Shown here piece after piece: positions 26,571-37,900 of a DNA stretch of 64,000 nt. The notes under the pieces were generated by a model that was not told the DNA's origin, searched no databases, and saw only the letters and a program-made list of their open reading frames with translations. Origin of the DNA: Glaucostegus cemiculus (lineage: Eukaryota); the NCBI GenBank assembly GCA_976551045.1, contig CDPCPM010000050.1, positions 10,664,001-10,728,000 of the forward strand, read 5' to 3'. Position numbers and translations under genes: made by a program. Numbering within the stretch: position 1 is the stretch's first letter; every line of letters begins with the position of its first letter.

Positions 26571-27246
26571 AAACCTCATTGATGTTCTTTTTTTACATCA
26601 TGTCCACTAGAATATGTAATCCTGACAACATGTTAGCAGTGTTGGCCTGCAAAATTTCAGTGTAATTAGGAAACATTTTGTTACACTGCATTTCAGTCAA
26701 TTACAAGGAGATGACAGAACTCTGGACGTATGCACATGCAGAGTTATCAGTCAAAAAGCAGATGCTACAAATCTGGAACCAAAACAATTCAGATGTCGTT
26801 CCTTCATCAAAACTGGAACTAATTTTCTGGCGAAGGATCCACTCCCAAGATATTAACTGGTCTTTTCTCATCCGACGTTGAGTGTCTCCATCATTTCAGA
26901 CTTTGGTTCAAGTCTTCTATAATATCAATTATTTGGAAAAATTATATAGTTTTTTTTCAAACCAGTAGGGAAAGATAAAACAATCTCCTGGTCTGCTAAT
27001 ATTTTTGCAGAAGTTGAAACCAAGCAAATTTACCTTGCAGTTGTCATTCTACAGCTGAGAAGAAGTCTTGGTTAAAAAACTTCACTCTGAAAAACTTCAC
27101 TATAACATCGAGCAAATATTTTCAACATTGCATTGCAATAACTCCAGTTTAATAGCACATTTGGAAACTTATAAACCAATTGATGTTATATCTATAAGAA
27201 CCCCTTTAAAGCGTTGAAGCACCTACACAACAAATTTCCTCACAAG

Positions 27247-27310
27247 TGGTCAGCATGGACCAGTTGGGCCAAAGCGCCTGTTTCCGAGCTGTATGACTCC
27301 ATGACTCTAT
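27247..27310 (+). mobile_element. CR1 3' terminal fragment
   Basis: tggtcagcatggaccagttgggccaaagcgcctgtttccgagctgtatgactccatgactctatg (8-bp terminal tandem). Confidence 0.7.
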
Positions 27311-27559
27311 GTCTCTAAGTGAATTTCAAGCTAAATTAACCTCTGGAATAAACTATATTGTAAACCGAGCTCTAAATCTTTAAGAAATACTTCTAAATCA
27401 AAGAACACTTTTTCTTCCTTCTCCTTAACTGAAAGAAGAATTACATACAGTGATTGCTGAAAAATATTACCCACTGTGCTACACTTCTGAGTACCAAACA
27501 AGAAGCAAACATTGACTGGAAAGTATACCATATTTTATTGGTGAAGCAACATCTGTGGA

Positions 27560-27730
27560 CTAAATAAGGTTTCAAGTCAATGATATTTCATCAGAATATT
27601 CCGATGAAAGGTCATGACATTCATCATTAATTCTGTTTCTCTCTCCATATATGTAGCCAGAGCTGCTGAGTGTTTCCAGCATTTTCTGTTTTTATTTACG
27701 ATGCCAGCATTCACAGGATTTTATTTTTGT
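27560..27730 (+). mobile_element. Penelope-type terminal repeat with short inverted 5' end
   Basis: tttcatcagaatattccgatgaaa hairpin, then ctgtttctctctccat...gctgctgagtgtttccagcattttctgtttttattt. Confidence 0.65.
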
Positions 27731-28249
27731 ATTCTACTTCTGCTGGTTACCTTTTCCCTTTTGGACATAATACCTCAGGTTGAGGAGAAAATCATATTTG
27801 TTATGCATGAATATAAATGAAAAGTTTGTGGAATAAATAATGCACTGTAAGCTCGGCTCTGAACACAAACCTCAACAAAAGTTCACCATGTCCGTGTCAT
27901 ATAAAGAGTCAATCATATGTGTTAGGTTCTCTTTGATATATAAATTACCACTTAACATTTATCTCTGAATCAGGTCCATTCTACAACTGATTCATTGTAG
28001 ATAGAGATAAGTAGAAATAACATATATTGATAAATACAATGTTCTTAATGCTCCTGGTATATTTTTCATTCCAGTACTTCAGGTGCCATTCTTCAAAGTA
28101 ATGTCGTTGTTAAACAGACAAACTTACAGAAAACACAAGATGCAAAATAATGCACTACACTCAAACTGTTGACCTTCCACAGGGATTGTAACCCAGAACT
28201 CATGATTTTGATTTTTCTTTAATGCAAAATATTTGAGAATGAGTTAGTG

Positions 28250-28480
28250 ACAGCATAGTAAAGTTACAGGATGTGCATCTAGACGCCTGGACTATTGATC
28301 CAGAGACAAGTGTTTGAATTCCACCCACACACTGGGGAATTTAAATTCATGTCATTGAACAAATCTAGAAATATAAAGAGATAATCCCGGTAAATGTAAC
28401 AGGGAAAGTACCAGATTGTTTTGCAAACCCATTTGGTTATGATGCTTCAAGGGGAAAAAAATCAACCATCCTTCCCAATA
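28250..28480 (+). mobile_element. Ancient tRNA-derived SINE
   Basis: ggactattgatccagagacaagtgtttgaattccacc...ggggaatttaaattc...aaatctagaa...aaacccatttggtt...aggggaaaaaaatcaaccatcctt resembles a widespread elasmobranch SINE. Confidence 0.5.
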
Positions 28481-28696
28481 CATGACTGGCATACTTTTAT
28501 GTTGATCACCTTCATAAACATAACAGAATAAAGTTAGAAAAGACCACCACCAAGCTATGAGGTGTATGAGGTATGCTTTGTAACAATGGCAAAAGTCAAA
28601 TTACAAGCTTGGAAATATTTGTATAGCAGGCTGTTGTACTGAAACAGTAACTTGTTTAAAATAATGCGCTGAAGAATGCAAATACATTAATAATTT

Positions 28697-28919
28697 GCAA
28701 CAAACAATCTGCTGGATGAACTCATCAGGTCAAGCAGCATCTGTGGGAGGAGAGAAACAGTCGACATTTCAGGTTGAAACCCTGCATCAGGACGTGATGT
28801 AGGGTTTTGACCCAAAACATCGCCAATTCCTTTCCTCCCACAGATGCTGCTCAACTCCCTGAGTTCCTCCAGCAGATTGTTTGTTGCTCCAGATTCCAGC
28901 ATCTGCAGTCTCTTGTGTC
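28697..28919. mobile_element. Foldback (palindromic) non-autonomous Penelope-derived element with ~15-bp TSD
   Basis: 28697-28790 and 28795-28887 are inverted copies (gcaacaaacaatctgctgga ... tccagcagattgtttgttgc). Flanked by tacattaataatttg (28683-28697) and tacattaattatttg (28920-28934). Confidence 0.85.
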
Positions 28920-31900
28920 TACATTAATTATTTGTCTGCTAATAACACCAACATTTGATATGTGACTACTTCTGATGATATCTTGGTGTTGCTTGTACAC
29001 TGCTTCAAGTGATTTATAATCTTCATAAGATGGGAGGAAAGTCAGGCTGTGGTATTAATTCTGTTTTTTTTAATAACTGTATTTTCCATTTATGAAGCAC
29101 TGGAAGAATTCCTACTGTAAGCCAGAAGTCAATCATACTATTTCATGAAAGCACTCAGGAAACATAATAAAATAAAAGGAAGAAAACGATGATTTGTAAG
29201 CACACAAAATGAAGGGTATAAGTATTTATTGCATTCAGAGGCTGGGGTCTCTAAACTGTGATCTCTAAAGAGCATCTTCCTCTCATTGAGTGCATGAAGT
29301 TTAGTTTCCCCTCTTCATTTTGATGTATATACTATCTGTACAAGAGTTCAATTTAGATTGTACATGAACTTGGCTATGCATATAATTCACATGAAATTAC
29401 CGAAGTAATATAGATTTAATGATCCATTCTATTGCAGATAATCTGATATATTTTTAAAGAAGTAGGAATGCATAATATGGCAAGCATTTACAAACTACTT
29501 TGGACTGACTCATTGAAAGATTCTGCTTGGCTTTGTGAGCAGCAAGTGCACAACTTGGCTTGACATGGGAGTGGTGTGATATTAATCAGACTTTTTTCTT
29601 AATTTGGGAAAAAATCCTTATTCATTCAAACATCCCAGATCTTGCAAATTGCAGTGGAAGCTGTTGCATTCCAAATAGCTGACCTATTAAAATAAGCTTT
29701 AACTTCCAAAGGTTTAGGTAGCTACTATAGCAGAATGAATATCTCCTGATACTAGCAAATGAAAATTTGCTAGTATCTAATTCAAATAAATGAGGCTCTT
29801 TTATCTTATTTAGTTTCAACAGTTATTTGCATTAATGCTGCCTGAATCTGGGAATGTATATTGAAGCTTCCCATTGCTGCAATATTTTATTCATGCAATT
29901 TCATGCTAGAGACTCTTGTATTGGATGTGGTGTCAATTTATTTTAAAAAATACATTAAAATTTGTTAGTTCATATTTTGATTTGTTTAAATTACAAAGAA
30001 AATTAGAAACTTTAAAAAAATCCTTACTGTTATCCGGTCTGTACCTATTTCTACTTTGGTAATAAATAAATATAAATTTGCAGTTTCTAACCAATAGAAT
30101 GATGCTTCATGTGTTCAGTTTATCTTTAAAGACATTGGACATGCCGATGCATGATACTTAAATCCCACTTTCTATTTTTCTCTCTCTTACTTTTCGTGTT
30201 TGTTCATGTTTCTCCACACAGATCTCATGCGACTTCTGCCTGTTATTTCCACATTCCTGTTTCTGACTTTCGTCGTCTTTTTTTTCCCCATTCTGTAAAA
30301 CAAGGGAGACAATCCTTTGGAACAAGTTTAGAATTATATGACTGTGATCCAGTTAAGAGTCATGATGGCAGTGGTTATGTGTTTCGGCTAAGTTCTTATT
30401 GTAACTAAACCTTCACATAAATCTAGAGCTGGTGTATTACCTTGTTGTCTTCTGCAGGATTTACTGGGGGATCAAGTGAAACATCCCTGAAGCACTTCTG
30501 CGTGAAACTGATGTCCTGCAGCATTAGCTGCTACTCTATGTGTCTACGTATCACTGCAGCCAATATCTTAGTTCATGACACTTCTCTATCATTTGTCAAA
30601 CTGTATGTATGTTATCTGCTTCCACCACTAACAGTATTAATTTTTGTTTATATTTTCCATTTATCAGACATATCAAAATATTTAAATTATTTCCCAAGAG
30701 CACTAAATGCTGCCTCCCTTCTCTCTTACTGTGTGTAGTAGGGCAGCACAAATATAACACTATTTGACAATGGCAGAAAGAATATTCTACTGTATAGAAG
30801 GGGATATTGTCTGTCAAAAAATATCCTTCAAAAATGTGCGGGGATCAAGCAAAAAGGAAATTGAATCTTTCTAAACCGAGAAAGTAATGATGTGCTGTTG
30901 GATTAAATGAGCTTAATGTGCATCCTTAGAAAATGAGATTTGTTCAAAATTTGCCCAAGGAAAATAAATGAAATCAATCCTATGTTGAATATTAGTTATT
31001 ACTTCAACTATGATCAGAGATTGCTAACTTCTGTTTTAATTGCTCGGGACACCACTACTTATTTGGTTTTGAGGATTTTATTACCTGGACTTCAGAATTA
31101 TTTATTCATTATCTCATACAGACTTAAATGTTCATAAGAGTTTGATAATTTTATCTTTCATTAATATTCTGACGAAAAATAGCTTCAGCTACTTTGGTAA
31201 TTATTAGCGATAAAAATGCAAGTTTTTTCCCCAAAACGTTATTGTTTAAAAAGTCGTTTTATTGTGAACTGAATGCAGGCGATTCCTACTGGACATCTCT
31301 CGTCAGCGAGGTAAAAGAAGGCACAAGCTACACATGTGCTGTACATTCTAGAGTCAGAATGTGATGTTTATATTTTAGGTTTGGAAACGTCCTGGTTGTG
31401 TATTTGCTAAATCAAAAGGTTGTGATTAAACTAATTTATAACCAGTAATGTGGTATCACGTACGATTAATCCTGATTAAAAGAGTATTGTTCATGATTCC
31501 TTTGTGAGGTTCTTGAATTGTTAATTGGCTCTGACCTGAAAGGTTATCATCTCTTAAATATACACACACAAAACTGTATTTGGACTCTAGTCAGAGAGAA
31601 GTGTATGTATATAATTATGGATTCGATGTGTGTGTTCATTATTCGTTTCACATGATTAAAAATTTCCGATGCATGATTCAGAGTTGATTATATAGCCTCG
31701 AGGTCTGGTGATGTGTTGCAACTAATTCAGTCTGGAAAGACCATGAAATCTTAGGTTTGATGTCCAAATGTCAGGGACGCATAGGTGCCTTTAAGTTCTA
31801 CAGCGTTGGCTGAAGTAACCTGCAGTATACAAGTGATCGACCAAAACAGGCGCTATTATGAATATAAAAAAGCTTGGAGTGACGAGTCATTTTAAACCCG

Positions 31901-34679
31901 GTAATACAGGTTTGAATAGCTTGACGTTGTGCCGAAGAGATGTTACCTCGGGAAAACCTCAAACAGCAAACAAAAACATCGTGTCGATGCCCTTGGAAAA
32001 CGAACATTTATGATCCACACGCATTTCTATAACTTGACAGAGGTCGTATAGTCTACGTCAATGCCAATTAGGTTGCAGTTTTTCATTAAGAGATTAACGT
32101 CGGATATCAAAAGGCTTTAAGGATAGTTTGTGTTGCTTGCGGTATTAATCCAATATCAATGCTGGCACCTGAAACTAGACAGAGATGCGAAGCTGACTAC
32201 AAGTGGAAGCGGGCGAGGCATTCTGCAGAAGTCCGACTTAATAAACGCTGTGCCAGAGGAATTAGATACAGAAGGCATGGCCGATTGCTTGGCCGGGTGG
32301 TGGGTCCTGAAGATAGAGACAAAGGGGGTTAGAGATGAATTCCTGACCGAGGGAACTCGGGTGGTTAAAAGTAAATGAATCCTTCAGTGGAAGTGTAGTC
32401 TGAGCAAGGAGACATTATAGTGAGTGGGTTAGAGCACCAAATGTAAGGTAAGGTTTTACAACGATTGTAGAACAACCTCCGTTAATGAAATAGGCACCGG
32501 CGCATAAAACCATGTTTTCTGTTTTCTATTGATTCTACAGAGCTGGCCATTTCTTAATCACATCCTTTATAGATCAGTGTTAAAATTCAATGCTAAACAG
32601 GACACCCACACCTGTTCACGAGATTAATATTTTTAACACGAAGTTAGATTGCCAGAAAGAGCAGCGTGCTGTTTTAAAACACCCGCACATACTGCCAGTG
32701 GGCTGTACAGAGATTAAACACAGGAGGTTCTGATGATTCTCCTTTTAATAAATACCTGTACTCAGACACGTTACCTTCGGTGAGACCTGGTGTCCATCTC
32801 CTGCCCAGGAGGGAAGCAAAGTGTATTTTCAGTTTGAATGACCTTACTGAGAGTTTATTGATGACACTTAAATGAGCTCCAAAAAGTCTGCATTTTTTTA
32901 ACTGTCAGACCCGGGTACAGATATGCTCGCGATCAAAGGCTGCACTTTGGCGTGTAAATTTATAGCAGTCGGGAGGAACAATACCCAACATTATCCCCGA
33001 GGAAATGTGTGTCCGAGGGAGAAAACGGAGCGTCAGAAAACTATTTCTTGTTTGAAGAATATTCTTTTATTGAATTATCCCCTCCCCCAAACAAAGTCGG
33101 AGGACAAAAATATAATAAAAATATAAAAAGTAAGAATGATGTCAAACACGAATTAAACTCTCCGCTGGACCAGGACGAAAAGACCTGTTTCACGAATCAG
33201 TAGAAAGTCTTTATATTTAATAATCATAAATCTTTAATTTCAAGGTGAATCCTTACAGCAGATTAAAGAACCACTGAAAAGTTATGTTAAAGGCAACCAG
33301 TGGTTGAAGCCCACAACTGGCTGTCTGCACTCAACGACACAGTTGACCGTATAATGCGAGCGCGGCAATGGTGCAAAGGGATATTTGCAAAGGCACAGGA
33401 TATAAATTAAACGCTGAACTGCCATTCATTTGCGATTGCAGCCCGATACTCGATTAACTTGTTAATCATCCGATAACAATTTTTGTTAACTACGTTATCA
33501 GCCCCGATATCAACATTGGCTCAAAAATACTCCTAGATCACTACAAAATAAACTCTATTGCGATCACCGACGCAGAAAGCTCCAATTTATTTTCGCACCT
33601 CTGTTGAACTAATTAGTATTTGTTCTGCAACTAAAAAAAGTCTATTGCTTTTCTTCCCCTGGTTGAGGTTCAGGGGAAAGCACTACGTGAAACAAAATTT
33701 ACACAACGCTATCCATCGAAGAGCAAGCTGCTGACAGACTTGGGAAGCAGAACGCCGGTTTTATGATATCAAATCAAACAAATGAATTCCGCAAGTGAAT
33801 AGCCGGACAATTTGCAGAGGCTCCATTAGGTAATGGGTTTAGAAGAATAATGCCTTTAACAGTCCAATAATGACGCCTTCGCTGTTAAGTAAACTGTGAC
33901 TCAAGCTCAAAAGAAACAACAGCCTTTCTCCCTTTCAGGTACCGGCCGCCCCACTGTAAAATTAGGACTGCTTTTCATCCGATCCCATTCACTTGATTCG
34001 ACTTAAACACTAGTGTCATTCACCTCCTCTGTGCTTCAGTTCTGTCTGTTTACTGACTTGGAAGGATTCTGATACATTTTCCGGGTTTAACATGAACGTG
34101 ATCACACTTTTGCAGAAAATTCTCTATATCTTTCTTTTCCAACCCCAGAATTACCGCGGAGATTGTGAAAACAGAAGCACATGAGAAAGTGGCTTGAAAT
34201 TATATAGGAAAGGTAAAAGAAAGTGCACTTCAGCCAAGTAACTTCGAGTTCCACGGCCTCTCCAGCTTGACATTTCTTTAGTCATGCTGTTCCATCTCGC
34301 TTGGCATAAACCATGCCTCGCTGGACGTGACAAGCATTCCCCCCCACACCAGTCCACGGGCAGGGTTTGTCAGAATTAGATTGAGAGCAACAGTCAAGGA
34401 ATTCGCCCTTTGATAGAGACCTGACCTGAAACACAAGTGTGTGAGATCAAGCCACTAACGCCGGGGCAAATGTCCCCCCTTATCCTCCGTCCAGTATCTG
34501 CTGTATTGACAGCTGAGGCTTGTCCTATCTTGTAGATTTGCCGGGGATGGGGCAAGTCCGAGACAGTTGCGAATTCGAGAGAAAAACGAATGGCTTGAAT
34601 GGCTTGTTGAAATACAACCGTCCACTTCCAGAATTTTCAAACAAAAACTTGTGTTTTTTTTGTGGGATGTTAAAACAAA

Positions 34680-34928
34680 ACTCTCCGCCTTCCCGGTTAA
34701 AAGGTCCCAGGGCACCAGCCTGGAGAAGAGTTATCTGAGCAGGGGAGAGTTCTGGCCAATGTTCAATCCTCAATGAGCACAGCTTGCCTTGTCATTGACA
34801 CATTGTTACTTGTGGGAGCTTGCTGTGTGCAAAATGGCTGACATGTTCCTTGCACTGCAACGCTAGAAAACACTTAATTGACTACAGAGCCCTTTGGGAC
34901 GGCGAAAGGCTCTACACAAAGGCAAAAT
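34680..34928 (+). mobile_element. Deu-domain SINE relic
   Basis: aaaaggtcccagggcacc...gaagag...caggggagagttctggccaatgttcaatcctcaa...ttgtgggagcttgctgtgtgcaaaatggctg...ctttgggac...aaaggctctacacaaaggcaa. Confidence 0.55.
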
Positions 34929-37900
34929 ATAAACTAATATCGTTAATTATTTAACTTTAAAATACTAACAAAATTTCCTAGAAGTATTATTTGTGATTTC
35001 ATTTAATATCGTGCGTTGCTCTCATTGAATATCGTTCCTTCTACACTAACAACCGTTTCCCTAAGGCCCAGTTCAGTGGTAATGTTCCATTCCCACCTTC
35101 CGCCGTGTGACGTTATTCGATGTACCACTGAATTCTTTCAACGCAAAGTAACCATGGTCCGATCATAAGCAAGAAAGAAAGCTGCTATAATGGCTTCAGA
35201 TCGGCCCAAATCGCTTCTGTAGCCAATTAAATGAAGTTTAGCCACAGTGGTAATGTAGGTAAAATACGGTTGAACTATTGTAATTCTTAATTGCACCCGC
35301 TAGATGTTGCTCCTCGATCCAGGCTGATCAGGGAAGGACAGAGCAGCACCGCTCAACTACATACTACTGTCGAATGTGAACAGCGTGAAAGCACAATCCG
35401 AACGAAATTAAGGCATAACAGAAGATTTTGTGGCATGCAGAAAAATTAAAAATACAAAGGGGGCGGAAGAACTTGACAGGAAATGCCAGAGATTACAGTT
35501 ACAATTAAAATATTAGAATTTATTTGGATTAGATGTCTTGAAAAAAACCCTCTAGAATTTAGAAGTAGGTGGTGTGAATGAGTTAAGCCCTGCACAAGCA
35601 TCAGCAAAATATCACAATAGTAATTTGGGTGGGCGTTGGGGGAGGGGGGAGGTGCGAGGAGGTGATGAGACAGTGACCTTGAGCGAAAGAAGTCTAGAAA
35701 CTGCTATAATGTATTTACCCACAACAGAACAATTGTAAAACACACATGGAGAGGGAAGTTAAATATTCATTGTCTTCACTTGATCATATTCTTAACTAAA
35801 TAGCTTTCATGTAGTTAGAGGCTTTACAAACAAACTCCAATCTGTACTTCCGACATAGGGATGTGTTAATGGATAGTTTAAAGCTCAAGAGAAACTACTT
35901 GCTTTATAAAGCAATGCATATATTGCTAATAATAAATTATTTATGTTTAGGAACGTTAAGGGAGATTTGCAAAAGTATATAATGTTCCAGAGACTGTTGT
36001 TCCGAAACTTCCTTATTCGTCGTAATGATCAACTAACGCTATTTTTGTAAATAAACCCATTCAACATAACTTACTACGGAAGAGTGAAAATACGGGATGA
36101 CCAATTACTGTAATTGCCCCTTGTGCTGAAGGGAACTACTTCAGTGTTGGTTACCAATATAACCACAGAACAATTTACACGGAGCAGTATTGAAGTTCTT
36201 GCTAGTTCCATTGCATCCTGTTGTTAATAAATTTCATAACATACCTGTATCCACTGGGAAATGGTTATATTCACTGATATATTTTTTCTGCACTGCCAAT
36301 ATAGAACATCTACATTGCCTTGCAAAATGTTTGAAAATAGCCCTCACTCCAAATTTTATATTCTGCTCCTTTATATGATATGCAGCCAGCAAGGCCACAT
36401 ACAACACACGGCAAATATCAGTCATCAGTCGCATAAATCAAAGATTAGTAAAGGATTTTATAATAACACGATTAATTAGTTATGTTGAAAGTTTAATGAA
36501 TAAATTATATTTTCAAATAATTGTGTGGAAATAGCCTTACCACCCAAACGGTTAACGTTTAATTTCCTTACCGAATGCGCAATAGTCGGGATTCAACCAT
36601 TCATTCCTTTATTGCATATAGTATAGCAGGAATATATGATCATTCCTGTCCGCATTCTTGAGTAAATATCGGTAATTTTATTCAGGTTAAGATAGGCTAG
36701 TTTAAGATGTTCAATCACACCACAGACTAACGATTTCAGAAGTATTTTGAGGCTGACAGTTTTCCCCAGGATATACAGAAAAACATGAGCTTATCCAGAA
36801 GCAGAAAGCATGACAAACTTGCTTACAGCAGTTTCCAGGTGCACCCACTAAAACTTGTCGTTTCTAGTCCCTTATTTTGCCTTTGTGTTTCTTGTCAGTT
36901 CTAAAGGTTCAGAATATTCACCTTACGTTATTCAATTTAGGACGTCACTTATGATTGAGATTATATCGGAAATTCAGACTGACGAAACCTGAGATATATG
37001 CCAAATTTCAAGTTCAAAGATGAGGACAGGGAAATGTGCTTCACCCTCTTGCTCGTTTCAACAAGCAGTTTCAGTGAATTATATGGTTCACTGAGAGATA
37101 AGAACAACATGTTATGAAAGTATTTGTTATACACTTCGCAAGACATTTACTTTTCTGATTAAAATAACCCTTAAGGGAAAAAGGGGAACGTTTGCGTTTT
37201 TAGGCAAGACTCCCACATACCCGAGTAAACTTATAAACCGCTCTTCTCCCTAGTGCGAAATTCAACTTCTGTTACTCCAGAAAAATAATGAACTTTTGAC
37301 CACACCTCTCACACTTACACCTGAAATATTTCATTTTTCGCGGCTCGTGAGCTTTTAACTTGATTGTAAGGGCAAACATCGTTACAACGCTTGCCTTCAG
37401 ATATACTTTGTAGGCAAATTTAAATCGCCCTTCACCAAGTATATGAACTTTCTGAGTTTAGAGATAATCTGAGGCGATCACTTCTGAGGTTGCTTTGTGT
37501 GTGGATCCGGGGGAAACCTTTCCAGGAAATATTCCTCTTTTCAGTTTTACTTTTGGCAAAGCAACTACAAAAGCACAATTAAATTTTCGTTGGAAATCAT
37601 GGCCAAAGGACATTTTTCATATGCCACACGTAATGCCAAGGGAATCCTTTCCCTTACCGAAACTAAACCTTTTCTTTCTCTCTTGGCAAGTTAAGCACGT
37701 GCTAACACTTCAATTTAAGATTTCTGTATTAATTTCTATAGGTGACAGCAGCAAATCATTAGTCCGACGGGACAATTGAACTGATACGGTTGGACACCCT
37801 TGCACAATGGGAAAAGGATTCTGTCATTAGATTTGTGTAAAAACAAGAAAACAGTCTTTGTTTGAACTGTACACGAAGCTCAATGTAGACACAAGTTGCA

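Noticed and set aside
28697-28887. Long hairpin as a pre-miRNA or a DNA-transposon MITE
   Set aside because: The arms are Penelope terminal-repeat sequence found elsewhere in the window, and the ~15-bp TSD does not fit TA or 8-bp DNA-transposon TSDs.
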